64,000 nt of DNA from Parcubacteria group bacterium (GTDB taxonomy: Bacteria > Patescibacteriota > Patescibacteriia > UBA11705 > JABHMO01). Made by a program: the position numbers and the translations under genes. Under the pieces are notes generated by a model. It was given only the letters and a program-made list of their open reading frames with translations, was not told the DNA's origin and ran no database searches. Position 1 is the stretch's first letter. Each line of letters opens with the position of its first letter. Positions 1 to 9,074 of the stretch are shown here, in pieces. The stretch is from contig JAZDPK010000030.1 of NCBI GenBank assembly GCA_043797615.1, forward strand, positions 9,067-73,066, in the 5' to 3' direction.

Positions 1-410
1 TGTTCAGCCAGCCGGCTGATCTGCTGATTTTTTTCTAATGCATAACTCACAGTCTCGATTTTCTTGTCTTTCAAGGCGGCGCTCTTTTTCGGCTTATCAG
101 GGAGAAGGAGCTTGAGCGCTGAACTCAGCGAGCAATAATAGTAGCGGGAAAACCAATTCAGCAGCTTGATCTGGTATTCCGGCAGGCAGGGCATTGAATC
201 TTCAACTGATAAAACGGATTTTAAATGGGCAAACTCGCTTTTATCGCAAAAGCCGGCGACCAAGCCGAGAAGCTTGCCCGCGCGAAACGGCACGCGAACG
301 AAGCTGCCTGTTTTAACCAGATCCGCCAATTCCGGCGGGATCAAATAGTCTAGATAGTCCATTCCGCGCGGCAGCTTTTTATATGGGATGATTTTCGCGA
401 TTTTCATCAT
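1..410 (-). CDS. priA: Primosomal replication-restart helicase PriA, N-terminal fragment; the gene runs off the left edge
   Basis: My own translation of the minus strand from the ATG at 408-410 is stop-free to position 1: MMKIAKIIPYKKLPRGMDYLDYLIPPELADLVKTGSFVRVPFRAGKLLGLVAGF... This fits the remembered PriA N-terminal pattern (..Y.iP..l..G..V.VPF..r...G.V). It is absent from the ORF track because it is truncated. Confidence 0.5.
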   Translation of the reverse strand, partial: MMKIAKIIPYKKLPRGMDYLDYLIPPELADLVKTGSFVRVPFRAGKLLGLVAGFCDKSEFAHLKSVLSVEDSMPCLPEYQIKLLNWFSRYYYCSLSSALKLLLPDKPKKSAALKDKKIETVSYALEKNQQISRLAE

Positions 411-480
411 AGCTTTACATTAGCATTATATCACAAAAAAATAAAATCCGGCCGATTGAGCCGCCGGATTTGCCGCTTGT

Positions 481-1269
481 TTATAAAATCTTGAATTCGC
501 CGACCAAATATCCCACGCCGAAAGGCCATTCATAGCTTAAAACCTGGAAATCGTAATTCATGTTTCTGATCGCGCCAAGCAAAATCAAGATTGAGCGGAG
601 CCCGCACTCGCCGGCATCCTCGATGAGCGCCGGATCGATGTTCGCAATAGCGTCGACGTTTTTCTTTTTCAGCAGCTGGATCAGCTTTTTGTCGAACTCC
701 CTGGCCCTCGGCGAAAAGCCGGCCGGCGCCCGCAGCGACAGGCGGTGCGACAAATCGCCCGAGGCGATGATCGCGCAGCGCTTGTCCGACGCGAAAACCG
801 CTTCTTTCATGGCCGCGCCGAGCTCGATGTGCTTCGCGTAATTCAAAAAACTGTAATTGATCGGCACGATTTTTCGATTTTTTTCTTTCCGCGTCAGATA
901 GTACAGAGGCACGCTGGCGCCATGATCCAGATTTGGCTGGCTGATGAGCTGGATCGGCAGGCTTACCTCGTTTTTCGCGCGCAATTCGTTGATCAATTGC
1001 AAATCCGCCTTGAATTCGAGCTCGGTGGAAAAATCGCCGAAATCCTGGAAATTCGCCCGGTACTTCTGGTTCGTGTTGATGGTGAAAGTTTCGTAGCTCA
1101 AATCGCCGTGCGGCGTGATGACGATCAGCGTTTCCGGGCGCGCCGCGTTCAAATCCTCCTCGAGAATATCAAAAGCGGCGATTGTTTTTCTTAATTTTTT
1201 CAGATTGTCCTTGCCGATCTGGGGAATTAGAATCGGCGGATGGGGGACGATGGCGGCGAACACGAGCAT
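481..1269 (-). CDS. Class III extradiol dioxygenase subunit-B-like (LigB/Memo superfamily) protein
   Basis: 262 aa. The N-terminus AAIVPHPPILIPQIG and the later ITPHG and SGDLSH motifs are typical of LigB/Memo-fold metal-binding proteins. Confidence 0.6.
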   Translation of the reverse strand: MLVFAAIVPHPPILIPQIGKDNLKKLRKTIAAFDILEEDLNAARPETLIVITPHGDLSYETFTINTNQKYRANFQDFGDFSTELEFKADLQLINELRAKNEVSLPIQLISQPNLDHGASVPLYYLTRKEKNRKIVPINYSFLNYAKHIELGAAMKEAVFASDKRCAIIASGDLSHRLSLRAPAGFSPRAREFDKKLIQLLKKKNVDAIANIDPALIEDAGECGLRSILILLGAIRNMNYDFQVLSYEWPFGVGYLVGEFKIL

Positions 1270-1376
1270 ATGTAGTTCTCAATAAAGATTTAAATTATTT
1301 TGGACAAATCAGTTGTGTGAGATATCCCATCATGTTGTGAATAACTTTCCAAAGGTCAATATAATAACATGATCAA

Positions 1377-1455
1377 CCCTTCGACTCCTCGATACCCTTC
1401 GACTCCTCGACAGGTTCGGAGCTCAGGGGAGACAACTCGGAGTTCAGGGCAGGCG
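1377..1455. repeat. Short tandem direct repeats in an intergenic spacer
   Basis: CCCTTCGACTCCTCGA occurs exactly twice (1377-1392 and 1395-1410). It is followed by TCGGAGCTCAGGGG / TCGGAGTTCAGGGC (1416-1450). Confidence 0.7.
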
Positions 1456-1488
1456 TGATTTGCCACTGATCAACTTGATTAGTCGTGA

Positions 1489-2876
1489 TTATTTTTTAAA
1501 TTCTAATTCAAGATAATTTCCTTGCGGCAGATTGGACAAACTCTTTTCGTCGACCAGGCGGATGTTTTTCGATTTAAATCCCAGCTTCTCGAAAATTTCC
1601 ATTGACGCAATCGGCATCTTTTTGCCATCGGAAATGACGAAAACCGCCGAGTTTTCCCGCGTGCGCACTATCTCGCCGTCGCGGATCCTGACGCTGTCGC
1701 CGTCGGCATATTTGTCCAGCTCATCCCTGGCGACGCGGATGATTTTTTTATGCGGAAAATTGATCAGCATTATATCCTTCGCGATGAGCGGATATTTGAC
1801 GCCGTCCTGGACAAAGAAAACGCCGCCGGTGGCCTTGTCCTGCAAAAGAGCGCCAGTCGGGTATGCGCTGGACAATGTAATCGGCTCGCCGTCCGCAAAC
1901 AAGGCGAAATCTTCCATCGGCGCGGCCACGAATTCCTCCGGATTGAAGCCGAGCGTGCGCCAGACTTTGTCCGATTCGAATTTGCGCAGAGTGTCGCCGA
2001 CCAGGAGATATACGTTGCCGAAAGGCGATTTCAAAATCGAATAATTCGGGTATTTGATGGGTTTGCCGATCTCATATTTCTCAAGCTCGTTTTCGCTGAC
2101 CAAGATAATTTTGTTAATGTCGTAGCGCGACAGCAAGGCGGTCTTGGACGCGAAGAGCCTCCGCCGGCCGTCTAAAATGATCCAAACGGCCTTCCGGTCG
2201 CTGTCCGCCTGCAAAAGCGTGCCGTCCGGATAAGACTGGGTAAACCAGCGATTCCAAATTTTCCAAAAATTGTAATTCCCGGATACGTGCGGCGTATAGT
2301 TGTACAAATTAGCGGTTGCCTGATTTTGCAGGGCGACGCGCTGGCCGTCGATATTGTAAATTTTTCCGATTATTTTCAGCCAGCCGTTGTTCGCGTTGTC
2401 AATGCACCAGCGCTGCCAGCCGGCGGCGTAATCCACTTGGATTCCGAATCCTTTGTATTTTTGCACGGCCAGATCATTCATATTCGAATCGTCGGAAATG
2501 CCGTATCCCATTGCCCAGTCGTATTGTTTCTGAGTCGGGCTGTTGTCTTCTACCAAGCTTTGTTCTTTTGCAGCATGACCAAGAGGAATTGCGGATTGAT
2601 CTTGTATTCCTGGCTGGCGTCGTAGATTATTTCGGCGGCGCTTTTTTGAACACCATTTTTGTTCAAGGTTGAATATTGCGCCAGCGTGCCGGACTTTTTC
2701 ATCAGGAAATCTTGAATATCAGTAAGCGACATGGAATTGTAATTGGTCAAATCCTTGTCAACGATAATGTTGCCATTGTCAAAATCAGAAGCCAAAGCGT
2801 TCAACGGCGCGATTACGAATAAAATCGTAAAAATGGATAAGATGATTTTTAGTTTAGGCATAAGATAATTATACAA
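1489..2876 (-). pseudogene. Secreted protein of unknown function, split into two ORFs (2550..2876 and 1489..2556) by a 1-nt frame break at an A-run
   Basis: The upstream ORF has a signal-peptide-like N-terminus (KLKIILSIFTILFVIAPLNALA) and ends ...LLVMLQKNKAW*. The downstream ORF starts only at a TTG. Shifting by -1 in CAAAAG (about 2564-2569) gives a continuous ...LLVMLQKEQSLVEDNSPTQKQYDWAMGYG..., and LQKEQSL is a motif I remember from cell-wall-associated proteins. Confidence 0.55.
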
Positions 2877-2919
2877 AATAATGGTTAAACATGCAACCTG
2901 CGTTAATCGTCAAACAAAA

Positions 2920-2947
2920 CACTTCCATAGTACATAGTATGGAAGTG
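2920..2947 (-). terminator. Rho-independent terminator downstream of clpB
   Basis: A perfect 10-bp stem, CACTTCCATA/TATGGAAGTG, with an 8-nt loop. On the minus strand it is followed by TTTTGTTTG. Confidence 0.65.
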
Positions 2948-2967
2948 CCTGTTACATTTTATTTCCT

Positions 2968-5592
2968 TTATTTAAACGCCACTTTTCCTCCCTGATAATC
3001 CACTTTGATTTTATTTTTCACCGTTCCTTTGATAATCTGCAGTGCCAGCTGGTCGAGAATTTTATTTTGAATCAAGCGCTTGAGCGGCCGCGCGCCGAAC
3101 GCCGGATCAAATCCTTCGTCCGCCAGCATATTTTTCACCGCGTCCGTGAAGGCGATATCGAGGTCCTTGCCTGCCAATCGCTTGGCCACCTTGGCGAGCT
3201 GGAAGTCGACGATTTGCTTGATGTCCGCTTTGGACAAGGCGTCGAAAATGATGATTTCGTCGATGCGGTTCAGAAATTCCGGCCGAAAATGATCTTTCAG
3301 CATGGACATTATTTTCTTGTCGGTATTTTCCTTTTGCGAAACGCTGTGGCTGCTGAATCCAAGGTCGCTCTTGTTCAGCGATTCCAGGATCATGTCGCTG
3401 CCGATGTTCGAAGTCATTATGATCACCGTGTTTTTAAAGTTAACCGTGCGGCCTTTCGCGTCAGTCAGGCGGCCGTCGTCTAGGAGTTGCAGAAGCATGT
3501 TGAAAACCTCCGGATGCGCTTTTTCGATTTCATCGAACAGCACGACGGAGTAGGGCCGGCGCCTGATCTGCTCGGTCAATTGCCCGCCTTCATCATAACC
3601 AACGTAGCCAGGAGGCGAGCCGATCAATTTCGAGACGGCGTGCTTCTCCATGTATTCGGACATGTCCACGCGAACAACAGCATCCTCGCTGTTGAACATG
3701 AATTCCGCCAGCGCCCGCGCCAATTCGGTCTTGCCCACGCCGGTCGGGCCGAGGAACAAGAATGAACCGATCGGCCGGTTTTCCTCTGAAATTCCGGCTC
3801 TCGATCTGCGCAAAGCGTTCGCCACCGCTTGAATCGCGCGCTCTTGGCCGACAACGCGCTTGGAAAGATCGGTTTCCGCATGCGCCAATTTTTCGATTTC
3901 GCTCTGCAGCATTTTCGACACCGGAATGCCAGTCCACTTTGAAACAACCGCGGCGATGTCTTCGGCCGTAACTTCTTCCTTTAAAATCTTATGGCCGCCC
4001 GGGCCGGCTTGCAATTTGCGCAGCTTCGCCTGCAATGTTTTGATTTTTTTCTCGTTTTCCGGAATCTTGCCGAAACGGATTTCCGCGACTTTGTCGTATT
4101 CCGCTTTTCTTTCCAAAATTTCTGATTCCTGCTTCAATTTGTCGATCTGCTTTTTCGAATCCTGGATTTGCACGATCAATTCCTTTTCCTTGCGCCAATG
4201 CAGTTCAAGCTCATGCTCTTTTTCTTTCAATTCTTCAAGGCGCTTGGTGATGTCGCGCAGTTTATTTTTAACGTCAGCGCTTTTCTCGCGGCTGATCGCT
4301 TGCTTTTCAATTTCCAGTTTTTTTACTTTGCGCTTCAACTGATCAAGCTCGATCGGCATGCTGTCAAGCTCGATGCGGAGCGCGGAAGTGGCTTCGTCGA
4401 TCAGATCGATCGCCTTGTCCGGCAGAAACCGATCGGTGATGTAGCGCTGCGAAAGGCGGGCGGCCTCGATGATCGCGTCGTCCGTGATATGCACGCCGTG
4501 GTGCACTTCGTATTTTTCCTTGATGCCGCGCAAAATCGAAATCGCGTCGTCCAGGCTCGGCTCGGCGACGTAAACCGGCTGAAACCTTCTTTCCAAAGCC
4601 GCGTCTTTTTCAATGTATTTCTGATATTCCTTCAAAGTCGTCGCGCCTACGCAGCGCAATTCGCCGCGCGCCAAAGCCGGCTTCAGCATGTTTGACGCGT
4701 CCAGGCTGCCTTCGATCGCGCCCGCGCCGACGATCGTGTGCAATTCGTCGATAAAAATAATGTATTTGTCCTTATTTTTTCGGATTTCGCTTAAAACGGT
4801 TTTTAAACGTTCCTCGAATTCGCCGCGGAATTTCGATCCGGCGATGAGGCTGCCGATGTCCAAATTCAAAACTTCCTTGTTCTTCAAATTTTCCGGCACG
4901 TCGCAAGAGACAATGCGCTGGGCCAATCCTTCGGCGATCGCGGTCTTGCCCACGCCCGGCTCGCCGATCAGCACCGGATTATTTTTTGTTCGACGTGATA
5001 AAACCTGAAGCACGCGCCGTATTTCCTCGTCGCGTCCGATGATCGGGTCCAGTTTTTCCTCGCGCGCCATCTGCGTCAGATTGATCGTGTATTTTTCCAG
5101 CGCCTGGTATTTGCTTTCCGGCTCGGGCGAATCAACCCGCTGTCCGCCGCGCACTTCGGCCAATATTTTCAGCGCCGCGTTATAATCGATGCCGTAGGAA
5201 ATCAAAATTTCCGCGGCGAGCGAATCGACTTGCAGCAAAGACAGGAAAAGGTGCTCGGTGCTGATGAATTCGTCGCCGAGCTTCTTCGCTTCTTTTTCCG
5301 CGCTCACCATCGCGTAATTCATCTGCGGAGTGATGAAAACCTGGCCGGCCATGGTCGGCTGCTTCATCTGGCTTTTCGGCATGCGCTTCAAATTGGCTTC
5401 GACATCGGCGATCAGCTGCTCGAAAGGCACTTCCATTTTTTTTAACACTGTGAGCACGATGCTTTGATCCTGTTGAAGCAGAGCGTAAAGCAGGTGGATC
5501 GTATCGACCTGGGAATGTTTGTATTCGAACGCCGCGGCCTGCGACGCTTGCATAGCCTGCTGGCTGTTCATGGTGAATTTGTTGATATCCAT
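2968..5592 (-). CDS. clpB: ATP-dependent chaperone/disaggregase ClpB
   Basis: 874 aa with two AAA+ modules ([16 protein letters not shown]), a long coiled-coil middle domain and a Clp N-domain. Confidence 0.97.
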   Translation of the reverse strand: MDINKFTMNSQQAMQASQAAAFEYKHSQVDTIHLLYALLQQDQSIVLTVLKKMEVPFEQLIADVEANLKRMPKSQMKQPTMAGQVFITPQMNYAMVSAEKEAKKLGDEFISTEHLFLSLLQVDSLAAEILISYGIDYNAALKILAEVRGGQRVDSPEPESKYQALEKYTINLTQMAREEKLDPIIGRDEEIRRVLQVLSRRTKNNPVLIGEPGVGKTAIAEGLAQRIVSCDVPENLKNKEVLNLDIGSLIAGSKFRGEFEERLKTVLSEIRKNKDKYIIFIDELHTIVGAGAIEGSLDASNMLKPALARGELRCVGATTLKEYQKYIEKDAALERRFQPVYVAEPSLDDAISILRGIKEKYEVHHGVHITDDAIIEAARLSQRYITDRFLPDKAIDLIDEATSALRIELDSMPIELDQLKRKVKKLEIEKQAISREKSADVKNKLRDITKRLEELKEKEHELELHWRKEKELIVQIQDSKKQIDKLKQESEILERKAEYDKVAEIRFGKIPENEKKIKTLQAKLRKLQAGPGGHKILKEEVTAEDIAAVVSKWTGIPVSKMLQSEIEKLAHAETDLSKRVVGQERAIQAVANALRRSRAGISEENRPIGSFLFLGPTGVGKTELARALAEFMFNSEDAVVRVDMSEYMEKHAVSKLIGSPPGYVGYDEGGQLTEQIRRRPYSVVLFDEIEKAHPEVFNMLLQLLDDGRLTDAKGRTVNFKNTVIIMTSNIGSDMILESLNKSDLGFSSHSVSQKENTDKKIMSMLKDHFRPEFLNRIDEIIIFDALSKADIKQIVDFQLAKVAKRLAGKDLDIAFTDAVKNMLADEGFDPAFGARPLKRLIQNKILDQLALQIIKGTVKNKIKVDYQGGKVAFK

Positions 5593-5672
5593 ATATTAAA
5601 TCAAGCGCAAAATACAAAGTTCAAAATGCAAAATATGCTTGAAACTTGTATATGCCATTGACGCATAAGTAA

Positions 5673-5699
5673 TTAGCAGTCAACTTAATAGAGTGCCAA
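5673..5699. promoter_or_regulatory. CIRCE-like (HrcA operator) inverted repeat upstream of clpB
   Basis: TTAGCAGTC-N9-GAGTGCCAA versus the remembered consensus TTAGCACTC-N9-GAGTGCTAA, which is 16 of 18 positions. It lies immediately downstream of the -10 of the clpB promoter. Confidence 0.65.
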
Positions 5700-5702
5700 T
5701 TC

Positions 5703-5731
5703 ATTATAGGAAAGCGCTGTTTTTTTGTCAA
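5703..5731 (-). promoter_or_regulatory. Sigma70-type promoter of clpB
   Basis: The minus strand reads TTGACA-17 nt-TATAAT, with both hexamers perfect. Confidence 0.65.
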
Positions 5732-5742
5732 ACGCCTCGCCT

Positions 5743-6747
5743 TTACAGAATAATCGCGATCGCCGCTCCGCATTTCGGGCAAAACGGTTCAGCCAATTTA
5801 TTGGAAATTGCGTAGCCATCGCGTTTGATCAGCAATTCGCCGCAAGCCTGGCAATAGGTGTTTTGTTTGATTGGATCGACGGCATTTCCCGCGTAAACAT
5901 AATGTAGCCCGGCGCTTTTTCCGATCTGACAAGCCAAATCCAGAGATTCGGCCGGCGTGGACGGCAGGGCGCGCAATCTGTAAGCCGGGTGAAACGCGGA
6001 GATATGCCAAGGGATATTCAGATTTAAGCCGGCAATGAATTCAGCGATGCAGCCGAGTTCACGCTCATTGTCGTTTAGGCCGGGGATGACGAGCGTTGTT
6101 ATTTCAACATGAATTTTACTTCGGCAAACCCGCTCGATATTTTCCAGGATCGGTTTCAAACTCGCCCCGCAGACTTTCCGGTAGCATTTATCAGTGAAAA
6201 ATTTCAAATCGATGTTAATCGCGTCAAGATGCGGCAAGATCGCGTTGAAGGTCTCATTGGAAAAATAGCCGTTGGACACCCAGACGTTTTTCAATCCGCG
6301 CTTTCTCGCCAGCTTCATTATTTCCAAAGCGAATTCGACAAATACGGTCGGTTCGGTATATGTATAAGCAATGCTCCGGCAATCGCTATGAAGCGCCGCC
6401 AACGCGACATCGCCGGACCGGGCCAAAACGCCGGGCAGTCGGTCGCCGGCCTTGCCGATTTGCGATATTTCCGAATTTTGGCAATTCAGGCAGTGAAAAT
6501 TGCAGCCAGGGCTGGCGATTGAATAGGCGAAACTGCCCGGAAGAAAATGATAAAGCGGCTTTTTTTCGATCGGATCGATTCGCCGGGCGATCAATTTGCC
6601 GTAGTTCAGGCTGTAGAGCCGGCCGCCTACGTTTTTCTTTGCCTTGCACATGCCGAATTTTTTATCCGCAATAACGCAAAAATGGCAGCATGCCCGGCAT
6701 TGGACAACCTTGTTCGCCGTTCGAGCATAAAATAGCGTCTGTTTCAT
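5743..6747 (-). CDS. Radical SAM enzyme, AmmeMemoRadiSam-system (AmrS)/PflA-like
   Basis: 334 aa with the CNFHCLNCQN (CxxxCxxC) cluster motif and a Cys-rich N-terminus (CRACCHFC). The overall layout matches AmrS-type activases as I remember them. Confidence 0.75.
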   Translation of the reverse strand: MKQTLFYARTANKVVQCRACCHFCVIADKKFGMCKAKKNVGGRLYSLNYGKLIARRIDPIEKKPLYHFLPGSFAYSIASPGCNFHCLNCQNSEISQIGKAGDRLPGVLARSGDVALAALHSDCRSIAYTYTEPTVFVEFALEIMKLARKRGLKNVWVSNGYFSNETFNAILPHLDAINIDLKFFTDKCYRKVCGASLKPILENIERVCRSKIHVEITTLVIPGLNDNERELGCIAEFIAGLNLNIPWHISAFHPAYRLRALPSTPAESLDLACQIGKSAGLHYVYAGNAVDPIKQNTYCQACGELLIKRDGYAISNKLAEPFCPKCGAAIAIIL

Positions 6748-6870
6748 ACTTCCATTTTACCAGATTTCGCGTTATAATTAAAATGGCTGTTTAAACCCAG
6801 GATACGAACATCAATCAATAATTTCTTTCCAACTTCTAATATCCAATATCCAACTTCCATTCTGAAACCT

Positions 6871-8064
6871 ATGGAATTCCAGAACAAAGCGATCATCCTC
6901 GGCGTTAAAATCGACGACTTGCCGATCGATTTGATATTAAAAAACATTGAACAACTTTTGTGTTCGGACAATTCAGACAAGCAATTGAAAATCTTTACGC
7001 CAAACCCGGAAATCTGCCTGAAGGCGTCGAAAGACGAAGAATACCGCAACATTCTCAATTCCGCCGACATCAACATTCCCGACGGCTTCGGTTTGAAATT
7101 CGGGGCGATTATCCTGGGCGAAAAACTGGAAAACAGAATCACCGGCACGGATTTGTCAGCCAAGATGCTCGAGTCATGCGAAAAGAATGGTCACAGCGTT
7201 TATATTCTAAGGCGGGAAGATTCGCTTGCAAAAGTCGAAGACATTAACAAACTGTTCAAAACAAAATATCCGAATGTTAAATTCAAAACAGGGGATTTGA
7301 ACATCAAAAAATTCCTGGATTGCGACGACGTTCTAAACGACATCAACGATTTCAGCCCGAAAGTTTTATTCGTTACGCTGGGCATGCCGGCGCAGGAGAT
7401 TTGGATCAATAAATTCATTAAATTGCTGCCAAGCGTAAAGGTCGCCGTCGGCGTGGGCGGCGCGTTTGACTTTTTCACCGGCAAGAAGAAGCGCGCGCCG
7501 AAAGTGATGCGCGAGATCGGCCTGGAATGGCTTTACCGCTTTTACCTCGAGCCGAAAAGACTGATGCGGATCAAGCACGCGACCGCTGATTTTTTCCTGG
7601 CCTGCCATGCGTGGAAATTCCGGATCATGACGGCCATGCGGCCGAACGTCCTGTGCGTGTTGAGGAATAAGGAAGGCAAATATTTAATCCAAAAAAACGC
7701 GCATTTTGAAAATCACTGGCAATTCACCCAGGGCGGCGTTGACGAACGCGAGAGCCTGGAAAAATCCGCTTTGCGCGAGATGAACGAAGAGCTCGGCATC
7801 GCGCCGAATTTTTTGCGCTTGATAAAAAAAATCCCGGAGAAAAACAGCTATGTCTGGCCGCGCTATGCTCAACTGCTTCGAGGATATAAGGGACAAGAAC
7901 AAACCGCGCTTGTTTTCGACTTCATCGGCGAAGACAAAGACATTCACATCGCAAAAAGCGCGGAGGTGGAAGAGATTAAATGGGTTGACAAGAATGAACT
8001 CATCCAGCTCATCCATCCGCACCGCCGGCCTTTCGCCGCAAAGATTATTAATTATCTTGAATAA
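6871..8064 (+). CDS. Fusion protein: WecB/TagA/CpsF-family glycosyltransferase (N-terminal) plus NUDIX hydrolase (C-terminal)
   Basis: The N-terminal ~255 aa carry PDGFGL..., GMPAQEIW, GVGGAFDFFTGKKKRAPKVMREIGLEWLYRFYLEPKRLMR. The C-terminal part has a Nudix box, GGVDERESLEKSALREMNEELGI. Confidence 0.75.
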   Translation: MEFQNKAIILGVKIDDLPIDLILKNIEQLLCSDNSDKQLKIFTPNPEICLKASKDEEYRNILNSADINIPDGFGLKFGAIILGEKLENRITGTDLSAKMLESCEKNGHSVYILRREDSLAKVEDINKLFKTKYPNVKFKTGDLNIKKFLDCDDVLNDINDFSPKVLFVTLGMPAQEIWINKFIKLLPSVKVAVGVGGAFDFFTGKKKRAPKVMREIGLEWLYRFYLEPKRLMRIKHATADFFLACHAWKFRIMTAMRPNVLCVLRNKEGKYLIQKNAHFENHWQFTQGGVDERESLEKSALREMNEELGIAPNFLRLIKKIPEKNSYVWPRYAQLLRGYKGQEQTALVFDFIGEDKDIHIAKSAEVEEIKWVDKNELIQLIHPHRRPFAAKIINYLE

Positions 8065-8124
8065 CCTGATCAATAACTCCCTGACAACGAGTCAGGGGTA
8101 AAGTAATAATTACCCCGCACTCGA

Positions 8125-8179
8125 CTGCCTGCCAGCCGTGCTCCGCCATAGCGGCTACGCGACGGCGAGCAGGCAGGTT
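8125..8179. repeat. Structured GC-rich REP-like element, copy 1 (copy 2 at 60572-60626)
   Basis: CTGCCTGCCAGCCGTGCTCCGCCATAGCGGCTACGCGACGGCGAGCAGGCAGGTT. It is 55 nt and matches copy 2 at 53 of 55 positions in the same orientation. The stems are nested: CTGCCTG/CAGGCAG, GCCGT/ACGGC and CCGC/GCGG. Confidence 0.8.
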
Positions 8180-8234
8180 GTGCGGGAGAAAAATAAAACG
8201 AATATCCTTATTGAAGAATATTCGTTGTTTTTTT

Positions 8235-8873
8235 TCACTGCAGTATATTGCCGTCCGACTCTCTTGCCCGTTCTGCGTAATGCACGATCAGGTCGCCGGT
8301 TTCATCCGCTTTCGCTTTGATTTGCACGTTCGAATTTAATTCAATTATCTTTCCGATGCGAATCAGCGCGATAATTTTCACCATTCCGTCGATCTTTTTC
8401 TGATGCATGATCACGTGATTATCCGAAGATAAAATTAATTTGCCGCATTCACATGCGGGAAGATCAAAGCCGTAAACCTTGTTGTCGCAAAACCTGGCCT
8501 TTTCAAGATCGTACCAGGCGGCCTGGATCACAATCAAACGCCGGTCCTGAAGTTTGAGATCATCGACATGGACGCCTGTGATTATTCGCAATTCGTTTAT
8601 CGGCACGGACGCGGCGCTTAATATCACGCCGCTTTCTCGCACTGGAAAAGCCGAGGTGATTTCATCCACCTTTGGCAAATCCGAATAATTAAGCTCGGGA
8701 TAGACGAAAACGATCTGCGTCCGCGTGCGTGCGTTCGTCAGGCAATAGCATGTGGTCTGCCCGATGAACTTCTGGGTCAATTTCAGCGAGAAGAAAATCG
8801 GCCAAAACGTATTGCTGATTTCGCATATCGAATCCCCCTGGTCTCCTCCTTTGATTCTGATTCTTCTATCCAT
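8235..8873 (-). CDS. Hypothetical protein (212 aa)
   Basis: A strong SD, AAAGGAGG, lies 8 nt before the ATG. A TTGACA-type promoter sits near 8950-8980. I recognise no motif. Confidence 0.6.
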   Translation of the reverse strand: MDRRIRIKGGDQGDSICEISNTFWPIFFSLKLTQKFIGQTTCYCLTNARTRTQIVFVYPELNYSDLPKVDEITSAFPVRESGVILSAASVPINELRIITGVHVDDLKLQDRRLIVIQAAWYDLEKARFCDNKVYGFDLPACECGKLILSSDNHVIMHQKKIDGMVKIIALIRIGKIIELNSNVQIKAKADETGDLIVHYAERARESDGNILQ

Positions 8874-8991
8874 CTTTCTTGCCTCCTTTGCTGTTAAATG
8901 AGGGAAGGGGAGGGGCGGTGTGAAAAGAACAGGCCTTTACAAATGAATGATATTATATCGGAAAAAAATTGTCAATTTTTTAAAAGGAAAA

Positions 8992-9016
8992 CGCGCAAGG
9001 TTTTGAATCTTGCGCG
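8992..9016 (-). terminator. Terminator downstream of the 9075..10142 gene
   Basis: Stem CGCGCAAG/CTTGCGCG, followed on the minus strand by TTTTCCTTTT. Confidence 0.6.
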
Positions 9017-9074
9017 CAGAATTTTCTGAGATGCTTAAAGAAAAATTGCCGGCGGGAATGAACTAGTTAATGAA

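Noticed and set aside
6744-7163. 139-aa minus-strand ORF overlapping the start of the tagA-nudix fusion
   Set aside because: It overlaps a well-supported plus-strand gene, has no recognisable motif, and would require a 4-nt overlap readthrough from nothing upstream.
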